This document shows, piece by piece, positions 1 through 12,952 of a stretch of DNA of 64,000 nt. Under the pieces are notes generated by a model. The model was not told the origin of the DNA and ran no database searches. It was given only the letters and a program-made list of their open reading frames with translations. The position numbers were made by a program, and so were the translations under genes. Within the stretch, counting starts at the first letter, position 1; every line of letters starts with the position of its first letter. Where the stretch lies: the NCBI GenBank assembly GCA_017499595.2, contig CM039002.1, positions 2,356,001 through 2,420,000 on the forward strand, written 5' to 3'. The stretch comes from Psilocybe cubensis. Its lineage: Eukaryota.

Positions 1-1636
1 ATGCCGCTTCCCTTGAGGAACTCAGTTGCCGGCGCTACGCCCACTCCCATAACGACAAAATCGCATGGGATAGTTGTTCCATTGACTATCACTCCAGCAG
101 CAACATTGGGGTCATCCTTTTTTGCCACTATTTTGTCTACCTTGGTAGACATGTGGAATTTCACCCCCTTGCTTTCATGATACTGAAAAAACAGGTCAGC
201 GTATGAAAAAACGATTGTAATGCTCCCGAATTCACCTTCATCAGCCCTTCACCGATAGCCTTGCCAAGCACGTTTTCGAACGGGAATTCTTCCATTCCAA
301 TAACGTCGATCGAGGCCAATTTACGTTGGGAAACAGCAGCAACCAATTCCATGCTGATAAACGAGCTACCGATGACAACCATTTTCTTTCCTTCCTTCGC
401 GGCTAAAAGGGAAGTGCCAGTAAGACTCAATAGTTGATATTTGAGATAACAAAGACCCATACCAGCATCAACCTTCTTGGAATCATCAATTCCTCGGAAC
501 GTGAAAACATTCTGGAGCTTAGCTCCTTCAATCGGAAGACGTCTGGGTGTTCCTCCAGCAGCGAGAATTAGTTTATCATATGAGATGAAATCCTTTCCAG
601 CGTCAAGCTCGACTTTCTTCTGTGCAAGATCTACAGAGGTCACTTCCTAAAAACTATCATGTTAGATTTATAGGTATCAAATACTGAGAGGAACTCACGA
701 CTCCGAGACGAATGTTTGTGCCATATTTAATCTTTAAATCAGCAGGAGTCCTCCATTCGATCTTGGCAGGATCCGTGATCAAGGCCTTGCTCAATTTAGT
801 TCTAATCAATCGATTAATAAGATATCGCACCAGATAAAGCAGAAATTATCACCTATCAATGGGGCTATAGGTCTCTTTGGATAAAATGGTGATAGGTCCT
901 GAGTACCCATGCTAATAATAATATTAGCAAAAAGAATGATCAATAAGCAGATGGCCATACTTCTCTCAAGCTCTCAACCGCGTGGAATCCACCGGATCCC
1001 CCACCAACTATAACGACCCCATTTCCAGTGCTGTTTACCCCGCTAGCAAGAAGTTTCGCTTGTCGGGACATGTTGGCCTTCTGAGTGCTCTCAGGATTGG
1101 CTGTAACATATATTTTCCCATCCTTAATCTCGGTCTTGAATGAATGGAGTGCCATGGGAGCCGGAGCGTCCTCTGTATTCGAAACAGGTTGGTATCCGTA
1201 CGTTCATGCAAGATTGGACAACGCACCAATATCACCGGTGCAGACATTAAAGCAAGCTACGAGTACATGGTAAATATTGAAAATAGAAAAACCAAATACA
1301 GAGATTGGGGTCACCTCCGTGCCATGGACTGATAAAAAGAGGTAAATATGAGATAAATTCGCGCATATATTCACATTCAAACCCACCAAACAACGCGTCC
1401 GTCAGAGGTCAAGACGCCTTTTGCCAATGGAGCACCGTAGTGAGTGCAGAACGCGCTCGTTGCGTGCACTTTGTCGCCTAAGCGAGACAGTAGCACCTTT
1501 CCGCTTTCCTGGAAAGAAACCTCTTTCCTAGATATGCATTCAGACACAGTTTATTTCAGGCACCAAGACAAGCGATATACATTTGACCATCCTTCAGTTC
1601 GGATTCATCCAGCACTGCGATAGTTTTGATAGACAT
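1..1636 (-). CDS. AIF-like flavoprotein: Rieske [2Fe-2S] domain plus pyridine nucleotide-disulfide oxidoreductase (multi-exon, 3' end runs off window)
   Basis: ATG at 1636 ([19 protein letters not shown]). Rieske motifs CTHYGAPL and CPWHGACF; GGGSGG and GSSFISME dinucleotide-binding motifs; [10 protein letters not shown]. Confidence 0.9.
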
Positions 1637-2390
1637 TTTATGCCTGAAATGAAAAGCTTGAGATACAAAGAAAGGTTGTCGACGAGAGTGAGAGAGAAAA
1701 GATGTGAGAGTGAGCCGCAATGTCATTCAGCGATGAGCTAAATGGAGCCACAAAGGATCCAGATTCCAAGCTTGTGAATCGCCCTATTTAAAGCCTTTAC
1801 TGTTGCCGACTGGGACATGGACTACAAAAGGCAACTGTTCCGGTATTCAGGTGCGGTATATGGGGTCCTGGAGCACCGCTGGTCGTAGGTTCCCTATCTT
1901 TTTGTGTATCTAGTTCAGCTATGAGCATCCCTGGGAGGAAGTGGAAGTACATCGACGATGACGGGCTTGTGGCGGGCACGATGTTGAGCTTGTCGTCGTT
2001 TCCGTTGGCCGATGCAGCCGCTTTCGGAGTTTCAATAAGTATTTGATAAAATTTGAAATTGGCCATTTCATTCAATGATATTTCTAAAACCTACAACTAA
2101 ACCTACCATGTAAAAAAAAGATCTCATAAGACGATAGTCAATAAAATAAACCATTTAACAACAAGAGGAAGGACCCCGATTACAAAAAAACACTGAGTTT
2201 TAGAAACGGCTCCAACCCCACCAATCATCAGTGACAAATTACTTGCGACGACAATGACGTTATAAATTTGATCACCGCAATGTGCCGGCATCGAGTCAGC
2301 CGGCATCGGCATTGTATTCGCTCTCGTTTGGGTTTGTTCAAGCTGTGACGGTCATGACCTTCTGACCTCTACCTCTACAATGTCCAGAAT

Positions 2391-2944
2391 ATGATACCCC
2401 AGAGAACAAGTCAGATCTTTGTTTCTTTGGCTAGAATGCATCGCAAGTTCCTCCAGATATTAATTGCACTTTAAATCATTGATAGTTGTTCAGATATCTC
2501 GAATCCCTTAAAGCTTCGACGCTTGAAGCGCTTTGCAGTGAAAGCGCAAGTCGATGGATTTGTAAAGGTATTTCATTCATAGTGACACATATGATAAACT
2601 CGACTAACGATCTCAGACAGGGAAACCCGGTGTTCTAGTCTTTGACGGACCTAAGGAATCTATAAAAGCATTTCTGGAACTTACAAAAGGTGCGTGTACA
2701 CGAAGCTTCTAAGTCGGGCGTCATAATTTTTTCAGTTACAGGCTTGCGGTATCTTGATTTTCGCCATGTAGATACCAAGCCTATAAAGAATGAGCGCTTA
2801 TTACCCAATGGCGATGGAAGCTCTGGTTTGCAAGAAGTAGCGGACATGAACGAATTGGTAAACCGGTTGGATCGTATAGGAGAGAAAGAATGGTTCAGGG
2901 AACAGATGGGAATGAGCAAAGGCACGTACTTGTTGGTTGAATAA
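2391..2944 (+). CDS. Small DUF1115/RWDD2-like protein (4 exons, first intron GC-AG)
   Basis: Spliced reading MIPQRTSQIFVSLARMH-HISNPLKLRRLKRF...GFVK-TGKPGVLVFDGPKESIKAFL...GLRYLDF. The HHI and GKPG motifs resemble DUF1115. Confidence 0.6.
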
Positions 2945-3665
2945 TATACAGAATGACGAACCGGTCTTATGATGCCGCGTTATCGTAGGTGGACCATAGG
3001 CTGCAGTTCGGGGCGACATGAGGCAGGACAACGAAATCAACGAACCTTTCTAACTTCTTGTCCCTGGGCAGAATATTTATCTCATAGACGTACCGTATGA
3101 GTGCCAACCAAGAGAAAGATTGATACGAGGCAACACGAATATTTCACTTCCTTATTGTTCGCTTTCTGCTTCGAGCTTCCAAACGAGGTCAATTACGACT
3201 GGATTTCCTTTAACCGCTCACTGTAAGTCTTTCCTGCCAAATAAATAGGCAGTAACTAACACTCATCCCATTACTCACCAGGGCTCATACCAACAAACCC
3301 TGGAGAAAGGTATAATAGCGTTTGCGTAGCAGGAGGCTTCCACATCACACTGCAGTGATTGGCTAGCCTTGCTTTCTCGCTTTCTCTGCCGATAATGGAC
3401 GCCATTTTTCATGTTAAAACTGTTGTGGGAATTTTTCTCTCCGTAGATGGATGCCGTTGGTATAGCAAAAACAGCGGCCAAAAGTGCAAACTCATTGCTT
3501 TCATAGTACTAGCAAACGAGTGTTGCCTGGATTTAAGCCTATACTGACAGAGCTCTTTACTTATGTTCTGTTGATTTGAACACCTTTCCTGTTATAACGG
3601 TGAGAACAATAAAATTCTCAGAAGGCAGTATAACACAGATACATACCTGTTACACATTATCTACT

Positions 3666-5394
3666 TTACAAATGGTTTATCGGACCAAGTTCCAGCAAAT
3701 ACGCTCCTCCCGTCTTCAATGTGACAAATAAACGGCCAGTAGCCTCTTCTAGGTATATTCTGCTGCATTGGTGTGGATCAAATGGCAAATCCATTTCTGG
3801 CACCAGCAAACGGTGAACAATCGGAGCCATGCTGTCGTTTTTAGGAAGCGACGCCTTCATCAAGACTTCCTCCGTCCTGTTGTTAACCCTTTGCTGGGAA
3901 AAACAGACCGTCCGTCTTCCTGTCGAACCCATGAAATTATGCCATGTTCCATTCAAACTCGGTATGGAGAATGTGTATGTCGCTGGCCACTCGGTAATAT
4001 GCACATTACGCCGAGATGTGTCGACAGGAAAATGAAAAACGGCCATCTGCTCGAGATTAGCCGTACCATTCCATGAACAGCGGCGGGCCAAGACTGTGAT
4101 GGATTTTAGCTCGGAGGAACTGTCCATATTTTCAACTCGTTCAACTCGTATTGAATCCGCTGGTTGGGTGTCGCTTTCATAATCGACGACTGAGGAGTGC
4201 CAGTTAGCCCAGGGGATGTCGGAGTCGTCTTGGTAAGGTTTATATTCGACCATTGTATTAGAGAACAACTCTTTTGGAAGCTCTCTGACTTGAACTTTGA
4301 TTTTAGTCCCCTTATTGGATTCCGACATGAATATGATGTATGGTAAGCATATCTGGATAGCTGCTGGGAGGATACCCTGCAAAGGTAGAAATGAGTACAG
4401 CAAGGTAGTAGGTTTGCTGAACAAACATTTCGGACGTACAGTATAACCGACCTGTAAGGTGAGATTTGTGTCGGTATTGAGAAGAAGGACTTTGTAGGAG
4501 TATGGTCCCTTAACGAAGGACATCGTCACAGAAATTGGACCAGCTATGCATAAAAGGTCTTCACAATAGGCACCAACATGCTGTATTACATACTCCTTCT
4601 GTACATTGGGTTGATTGGGGAAAGACTCTTGCTTGTCAGTAGAGGAGATATCAACATTCATATCCAACAGATAAATAGTCCATACGCTGCAAAAGCAATC
4701 ATCCTGTTAATCAGTTGATTAAATCCCCCCATCCATGACAATACCTTCTGCACCGGCTCGGAAAATTGGCGAAATATGCCCTCATTGAACCTCCAACTAC
4801 TGAAATGGTGGCCAAGTTCTGCTCTGATTGAATAGAACACTCAAAAGAGCTTCCTGCCACAGAGTCAAGCCGAGCAAATGAGTTAGGGTTTCCAGTATTA
4901 TCATCCATTTGGTAGAAAGGTTCAGACGCATCATACAGATGCAATAGTGACAAATAGCAGTGAGTGGCTCCAATGGTACGACACGATGCAACAAACCAGT
5001 TGGGTCCCAAAGGCCGAATGCTTTCAACATGTTGGTATGCAGTCAATTGTCGTATTCGAGAGATTCTCGAAATAGGTCTATCCCAATTTTCGTCGAGTTT
5101 CAAAGCATAGATCACAGCTCGCTTTATTTCCAAAGAGGATGACTGCCGTAGAGGCTGGTGAAGGTTAAGAGTGAGATCAATGTCGATGTTGCGCCAGAGA
5201 TAGTCGATTGAGCCGATCTCGTAGTATGTTGCATGACATGTCTAATGGACTGAGCAGTCAGGAAATACAGTCATGACAAGTCAATTAGGATATCATGAAG
5301 CTTTCCTGTATGAACGACAGTAAGTCCTTTGGTTTTAAATGCAGGCAGATGGCGATAATTATGTCCACAGGAAACTGAATGATGTTTATGCCCA
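3666..5394 (-). CDS. F-box-like hypothetical protein (multi-exon)
   Basis: N-terminal IIQFPVDIIIAICLHLKPKDLLSFIQ-TCH...YLW is F-box-like; long downstream ORFs 4711-5133 and 3666-4667. Confidence 0.6.
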
Positions 5395-5804
5395 TACTAT
5401 CTTCGACGGATTTGGTTTCCCGAACTTGCAGACAGGTTGGTGTATGGGTTGAAGAAGAGGAATTGGAGTCATCACTATCGAGTATTTTATATTCTTCTGA
5501 AGGTACCTTTTTTTCCACGCGACCGTGCTAAGGCCGTATTGAATCCGATACTCTTCGTTAACATGGATTTCAGTGTAAAATCCAGCAAACGTAAACGGCA
5601 AATACCTACGTAGATCCTACTTACTAAAGAACGTACCTAAATTGCAAACAATTAGGAAAAAGTGCAACTCTGTTTTAGTATCTACGGACTTACATACAGC
5701 CTGAGATCAGAGAAAGAAGCATGACCAGTACGTCTACACAAGATAATTACAATGTTAAAAAGCGTTTACACATTTCAGAATCGTCTTTGTATCAATTATC
5801 CAAG

Positions 5805-8800
5805 CTAAACTTCTTTCTCGATGCCCGTCTCCCGATCATGGTGAGTAAATGTCGATTTCACTTTATCGGTGAGTTTTCCAGCTTGGTTTTCCACCCCTCT
5901 TCCAACCCAAGCAACATTACGCATTGCCTTCCATTGCATCAAGCCTCGATGTTTCCTGTGCAGCTCGCCCTTTCTCTTCCTGAAATCGTTGAACTGGCCC
6001 ACAATGCCGTCTTTCTTCGCCAGACCTCCTGGAATGGCCGCGGTCGAAGATTCCCCGACATCATCTTCGCCGTCAGAAGAAGTTAAAGACGACGTATCAG
6101 ATTCATGCTCGTGCTCGTCTTCCAAAAGATGTTTACTAGCATCTTGTTCTCCTTCAGCATAGTCAAGGACCTCCATGACATCGGCCATGTTCTTGTCGTG
6201 GTCGGCCGTATACTTATGGTACCCACTCAATCCTAACCAGAAACGTACTTTAAGCTTGAGTGTCCCAATTTGGTCTCCAATGTCCGTCGACGCGTTGGCT
6301 CGAGACTGTTCCATGATGCTCTCTCCTTTCTCGTTTTTGCGTACAGGGAGCTCCAAGTCGACCTCCTCGTCGTCGGGGATATCCTTCAACCATAACGTGC
6401 AAAAAGCAGGCGTTCCATCTGGCCCGACAAGGCGCTTACGCAACTGGATAAGAAGGCACGAAGCAAATCGTTTCTTGACAGCCAGCCTTACAGGGCGACC
6501 GTGCTTTTGAACCCAGCCTCCGTCTCGACTGGGTACCATCTTTCCTTTCCCATAAACAGTGTGGAACACCAGCCTGCATGATTGATAATCCGGAGGCAAG
6601 TTGAACGAAGGTTTGACATTCGAAGAAATTTCAAGAGTACCAACATCCCAACCTCGAAGTCGCTTGGGAAGTATCAGTTGCACAGACCGGAAGATAAGAG
6701 ATAACTTCATTCTCCCATAACCTATCCCTCCCACGAGGGGTAGAGAGTCCGTGAACAAAGAATTGTGCTTAAACACATCTCGCAGTGGAAGTACGACGAT
6801 GCCAATGACCGGATCAGCTTCGTGGATTCGTGAATCTCGAACGGAAATGATAACGTCGGTAGTGGTCCAGTCACGTATAAATTTTTCCGTGCCTGCATCG
6901 TACTAAGCATTGCAATGTGGAGTAATCAGATGTTACAGTACTGGGTTCAGTGTGAAGTAAAAACTTACGAATGGATTATTGCTCTTCATCTTCGTCCTAG
7001 TTTTATATACCCTTTGTTGATTAATGATGATTGTGCAATAAGGACTCGGCAGATCGTCCTGGTCACCATCTTCCGCATCCTCTCGTACACCACTATCCTG
7101 AATCTTCTCGATTTCGAGACTGCTGATCTGCTCAATCCTGATCGACAAAATCCCACTAGGCCATTCCGCTGTGGGTTTTGATCCAGCAATAATTTCGTCA
7201 CTCTTCTCTTTCATATCCTCCTTCTTCTGTTGTTGAACTTCGCCATCCTCTTCGTGATCATCGCGAGCCTTCGCTTCACGCAACTTTTCCTCCGCCTCTT
7301 GCTCGATCTTCGATCGAATCTTTTCAGCATCTCGATGTTTGTGTGCAAGGTGTTGATCAAAGCTGGTCTTTGCGAAGTAGCCGCACTCCCAGTGAATTTT
7401 TCCAGGCCATGGGTCGCCCTTTTCGCTTGTGAGTCCGTCGCATCGTGTTGACATGCGGTTATGCGATTGTTCATTCGTCATGATGTCCTTCAGGTCCAAT
7501 TCAACATTTCCCAGCAAATCATCGGCGGTGAAACGATCTACAAGGATTGAGATTTGAAAAGCTGACGAAGAATGAAGTATCTACCTGCATCCCATAGTTG
7601 TAGTTGAAGAGCCTCCTGAGCGTTTAGCTCAGATGGACCAACCAACAAGGCCGTAGTCTCTTCCCAGACTGGTCCTTCGCCTGATATGATGCTGAATGGA
7701 GAACATTTTAACAATGGCTTAGCTCGAGAGAAAAAGAAACATCATACCGTGTTGACCACAGTGGCTTTCCCCATTTGCTCCATCCAATCGTAACATATGC
7801 GTCTCCCTTTTGCCCATCTCGCGTCTTGAACACCTTGCCTCCATCCCCGGCTTTGAATTCCTCTGCACGTTTTATAGTCACGATAACTACACCAACGGCC
7901 TCTGTATCCATCTTTTCACGTCCCATTAACAAAGTCTTCAAGTCCATTGTTAAGCTCCTGGGCGAAACATACTCCTCCACCGCCATATTGATACTTTTCT
8001 GCAGCCAACTAGACAGACCAGGCACGTCCATGACATTCAAAAAGTTTTTGGCGAGCGGTGTGCATTTCAATGTGACTTTTGGAAGTCCGAGCAACGTGGT
8101 AGTCATGAGTGATAAAAAAGGAGGGTTGGGGGTAAGCTGGAAACGTATACGTGCTGTCGCAAGAAAACCCGTGAGGTCCACCCACACAGGAACCACTATA
8201 CCTCCGGAAACGAAGAACTCCATCAGAAGATGTGCGTTGGCGGAGCGACTGCGAATGCCTTTCGCCGTGGTCTCCTTCGCACGATAAGCCAGTGCAACTT
8301 CCATATTAACGAAATCTCCTTCTTCGGCCTTCATCCCATCTACATCCTTAGCAGCGGATCCGGCGTCCAGCCACCGAACACCAAGTATGCGCACTGCTTC
8401 AGATCCTTGTCCAATGTCGGCTACACGCACACCATTTACCATCTTGGGGAGAGTGGCTTGCATTGCATCTTCGAGCATGTCCGAGAGTGCGGTAAATAGG
8501 GATGGATTGACGACAGGCCACAGTGAGTTCAAAAACGCGTTCAACCATTCAGCAGATTCCGGTGATGATTCATCTTTATTCAAAGTCTTTTCCTAAGAAT
8601 AACGTTGAGCAAGACTGGTTCCAGGTGTATTCAAACTACGCACTCGTTGTTCGTGGTCTGTGTTCCGTTGCTGTTGCTGTTCAACAGGAAGGTCAGGCGG
8701 TTTCTGATATATCCCGAGTGCTAAGCCAGCAGCCCCAACCCCAAGGCCCAGAAAGCAGCATACGAAGGGGGCAAGGAAAAATCCCATCCATCCCAGACCA

Positions 8801-9210
8801 CTTCCAGACTGTTTCCTACCAAGTACCCGTGCAAAAACAGACCACAATATCAACATTGAAAATGCACCCAAGGACGCAGCTACTGCCGCAACAGCACTCG
8901 TCTGGATCCTGGCTCTGCGTGTGTCTCCTATAGGGTCTTCCCACCAGGCCTGATGGACTACTTCGTCCACAACGCGCTCCATATCAGAATGTCGCGCATT
9001 CGTCTCCTCTTGGCTATCCGCTCCCCTTTCCTCTCTTATGCGTTTTTCTTCTGTTGCCGTAGGGGGAGGAGGGATTCGCTCGAGCTCGACTGTATCTGCA
9101 TCGTGGATGGTTAATGGAAGATGGGTGACGGGGTCCGTGACCTCTTTCTCATTGTTTCGCGGAGCCTGACCATCTGGTTTGGCACTGGTTGGTGCGTTGG
9201 GTTCTGACAT
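5805..9210 (-). CDS. Mug190-like/tricalbin-family membrane tether: TM hairpin, SMP domain, C2 domains
   Basis: Hydrophobic N-terminal segments; SMP start PESAEWLNAFLNSLWPVVNP; C2 motifs (GDAYVTIGWSKWGKPLWSTR, LPSPYCTIIIN); C-terminal LHRKHRGLMQWK. Confidence 0.85.
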
Positions 9211-9707
9211 TTGACTTCGATGCGATTGTAAAGCTGGCAAATAAGGTGATAAAAGTTATATACTGAATCATTCCCAGTTATATACGCACTCAGACATGGC
9301 TACTTTGACGTCAGTTTCCTACCCCACTTGCTTTGTGGCTCCGCATGTTAAGAACTTCAAGAAAAAAAATGAAAAATGGGGCGTTGATTATCTGGAGAAA
9401 TAAAAGAGGTTTTATCGTCGAGAATTGAGAACTGTGCTGGCAACGTCGTCTTTTGAGAGGTAAAACTAGACTGATACAAAGAGTGCATCGTGTTTTTGCT
9501 CTTGCCGACACCAACTGGTCATGAACAACGTGGAAATCGGAGTGGAAATCGGAGTTTCAACCAATCATAAAGACACGACTTCAAAAAATCGGTAACTTAA
9601 GGTACAGACCAACTATACGAACACTACATTGGAAGTCAGTACATCATGGTGGATAGTAATTTCAAAAGAAAAGTCAAGTATGGAAAACGAAGTCACGCAC
9701 AAGAACA

Positions 9708-10790
9708 CTAGGTCAGATCTATGACGTCGTGAGCCTCGCCCGGAGCAAAGAATACTATGGGAGAGTGCTCTCGCTTTATCCGTTTCTTCGGGCGAAGTAC
9801 GTCGAGTTCAAGCTGTCTTTTTTTATCCTTCAGTTTTGCCTTCAAGTTTGATGTTTAGGTTGCTACAATGATAGATATATACATGAGGAAGCAACATACC
9901 TCCAGTTCTTCGATTTCCTGTATCAAATCAATCTCCTCAAGTTTGACATCTATGTCAGGCTTTATATCTTCTAACACTGTCTCTTCCAACGTCGTCTCTT
10001 CCAACTTGATTTCCGCTTTTAATTCGACTTCCATATCCTGTGAAATGAAAGTATTTAATCAAACGTAACTCATGTCAGAGGACAATGACATACCTGTGCC
10101 AAAGTCATCTGCTCGATCCCTCCGGCTGCGAATGCGGGCGGTATTTTTGCTGATTCGGGAAGAGAGTCTTTTCCGGGGGACCTCTCGATTTTGACTTCTC
10201 GGTGGATACAGTTATTCCTATTTTCCATCCGAGCTTCATAGTCCCCGCTTGACTGAACTGTCATAGGATTTTTCGATATTCCCTGCTCTTGAAACAGCTT
10301 CGAAACACTCAGAGCACTTGCGTCCTCATCCATAAGACATGACGTATCCAGGATTGGCGATGGGGTAAGTTTTCTGTGATTTTCGTTGGCGTCTTCAAAG
10401 CTTGCAGTTGCGCTACAGGCATTGCTATTTTGTAAAGTATGGGTCTCCGATGGTGCAGTCCAATTGGCCAACAGGGGTTCGTGTACATGAGCTGCTTCGT
10501 TTGGAATCATTTCTGATGAAATTGCCATTTCTCCCTGCCAATTGTTCTCTTCAGCATTAGATTGTTGTGATAAGTGGGCCATGACATCTGAAGGAGAGAC
10601 ACCGTCCGGAAAATGGGGTTCAAGCTGTCCTTGGGGCTCATTAAAAATCACTTGAGCAAAAGAAGACGGATTATCCTGAGAAGTAGAGAGAATGCGACTT
10701 GGAATGTCATTACCTCCTCCATGAGGTGATATCAACGAAGCGTTCTCTCTATCAGCCACAGTCGTGGTGTCCCCTAGAAAGGCCGCGTTC
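9708..10790 (-). pseudogene. 3' half of LINE-disrupted hypothetical gene (paralogue 1 of the VIDLT-ending tandem family)
   Basis: Reads NAAFLGDTTTVADRENASL... and ends IVFFAPGEAHDVIDLT* (stop 9708-9710). Joins in frame with the 22150-23354 half once the LINE and one TSD copy are removed. Confidence 0.8.
10778..10790 (+). repeat. Left 13-bp target-site duplication AAAGGCCGCGTTC
   Basis: Identical to 22150-22162, immediately after the poly-A tail. Confidence 0.9.
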
Positions 10791-10972
10791 AGACCGCTCC
10801 TTGATCCGCAACTACCACCATCGGCACTTTTCCCACGCACTTAGAGCGTAGAGGAACAGTCTGACGGGAGTAATAGCATTCGAGTAGAGTAAAAACATAC
10901 CAAAAACGTACCCAAAGTACCCACACAACATCTATAAACACCTAAAACACTCGCACTTATCAAACCTGTCAA

Positions 10973-12562
10973 ATGAACGTCAACACCGGCACCGCGCGTG
11001 CCAGGAAGACAATCATGGGAAACCCACCTACCCCGGGTCAAAACGAAGCCACCACGGCAGACAGATCATCCAGGAGCAAGGGGACAGTCGTTAACGAGGA
11101 GCTACAGCAAGTCCAAGACGCAAAGAAGGGACGGGCAATTCTGGAGGAGTACCAGCTGCTCGTGCCAGCTGGCCAAGGGCTGACGGCGCACCGGGCCGCC
11201 GCCTGCCTCTTCCAGATAGCACAAATGTCGACGAAAACCCCGCCTATGGTGATACAGGCGATGAGGGGACTCGCCTTCATGCTCGAAGAGATGGAGATTC
11301 CACTGGCAACGCAAACCTATCACGACGGATTCGGCGAAGAATTGGCGACCTTTACAAATGAGATAAAATCTCTGGTCCAACACGCGCAAGATAAAGTCGA
11401 TCAGAAACTAGACGAGATCAACAAGGCCACGGCAGATCTAATCAAGTCTGCCGCTGTCACAGCACCACAGCACCCCCCGAGCACGGGGACTACGTACAGT
11501 CAAGCGCTTCTGAAGGGCCTCCCGACGGTCAACCAAATTCTGGTACAATCTAACGTGGCAACAAACCCCAGGATGCTAGCGCGTCATGGTATACGCGCAC
11601 GGCAAACCATGCTCGAAGGTATCAGCAAGGAGGCAAAAATCAGATTGATGGGCGACCGAGAAGCGAAGGACGAGATCAACAGAATACTGCAAACCCTGGA
11701 ACCAGAGGGCTCGGTGAGAATTCGCTCGGCCATTAAGCAAAGAAACGGAGGACTCCTGATCGAGTTCGACTCGGACTTCGGAGCCGCGTGGATGCGGAAA
11801 GAGGACAACAGTCGCAACCTTTGCAAACAGATCGGCGAGGACGTCACCACAAAAAGAAGAACTTACGAGCTGATAGCTATGGGAGTGCCCATCACGGCGG
11901 AACCTGAGGATGCCGACTTTCTGAAGGAGGTTGAAGAATCCAACCGAGTCGAGGAAGGTACGATAGTCTCAATGCGCTGGGCTAAAAAGATTTTGCGAAG
12001 AGCGGTAGGACAAAAGAGCGCACATGTGATACTTACTGTAAATGACGCTAGCGAAGCCAACAGGCTCATCGCAATCGGCATGTACATGGCGAACAAGAGG
12101 GTAAGAGTGCAAAAATGCAGAGCTGACCCGGTCAGATGTCTTAAGTGCCAAGGGTACAACCACTTCGCGAAGGAGTGCACCTCAAAGCACGACATCTGCG
12201 GTCACTGTGGAGAGAAGGGAGGACACCGTACGCCCGACTGCGAAAAACAAAAGACCCACTGCGTCTCCTGCGACTCTGACGACCACCCCAGCTACGACAG
12301 AGCTTGCCCAGTATTCCTGAAGAAAATCGCCGAAAAAGACGAACGTACGCCAGAGAACAAGCTCCCGTTCATCCCAACCGACGAGCCCTGGACCTGGAGC
12401 ATGGACGCTAGCGCAGCCCCGGCCACTCTGCAGAGGAAAGATTTCGCTCGAGGGCAGTCGCCCAGGTGGACGGTCGAACCGCCCACAAAGTCACGCCGAC
12501 CAACGCTAAAGACACCAGAACAAAGTCCTGAACCCGAGGCGGCGCAAAAATCGGACACATAA
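10973..12562 (+). CDS. LINE ORF1 (gag-like nucleic-acid-binding protein), probably truncated at ~12540
   Basis: Intronless 529 aa; knuckles CLKCQGYNHFAKEC, CGHCGEKGGHRTPDC, CVSCDSDDHPSYDRAC. Confidence 0.9.
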   Translation: MNVNTGTARARKTIMGNPPTPGQNEATTADRSSRSKGTVVNEELQQVQDAKKGRAILEEYQLLVPAGQGLTAHRAAACLFQIAQMSTKTPPMVIQAMRGLAFMLEEMEIPLATQTYHDGFGEELATFTNEIKSLVQHAQDKVDQKLDEINKATADLIKSAAVTAPQHPPSTGTTYSQALLKGLPTVNQILVQSNVATNPRMLARHGIRARQTMLEGISKEAKIRLMGDREAKDEINRILQTLEPEGSVRIRSAIKQRNGGLLIEFDSDFGAAWMRKEDNSRNLCKQIGEDVTTKRRTYELIAMGVPITAEPEDADFLKEVEESNRVEEGTIVSMRWAKKILRRAVGQKSAHVILTVNDASEANRLIAIGMYMANKRVRVQKCRADPVRCLKCQGYNHFAKECTSKHDICGHCGEKGGHRTPDCEKQKTHCVSCDSDDHPSYDRACPVFLKKIAEKDERTPENKLPFIPTDEPWTWSMDASAAPATLQRKDFARGQSPRWTVEPPTKSRRPTLKTPEQSPEPEAAQKSDT

Positions 12563-12952
12563 GACAGTTTATTTATAACGTACATTACCTAAGATTTAAT
12601 AATAAGGATATTACGTGAGACACGGTGGATTTACTCCCGCTACCTAATTAGGAGATTAGCGTGATGTACGTGTGATTTATCCTGGCAAATCATAGCGTAC
12701 ATGACGTGCCATTTAGCACTAAATGGAGCCGCCGGGTGGCATGCGGGATCCGCGTGTCGGGCTGCACGGGAAAAACACGGGCCGCAAATGAACCGGACGG
12801 GTCCATCTACATCCCGTGTATTGCAAGCAGACGGATCCGTTTTGACCCGTGTTGTGCTGTCAGACGGACCCATTTGACCCGTGTCTTCCCAGAGAGGGAG
12901 GGTTATTTATGGGGTATTGCAAGTCAATGAGCACAAGGGCTCCAAAAATAAT

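Noticed and set aside
1797-2075. 92-aa ORF between the AIF-like and DUF1115-like genes
   Set aside because: No recognisable motif or supportable gene structure.
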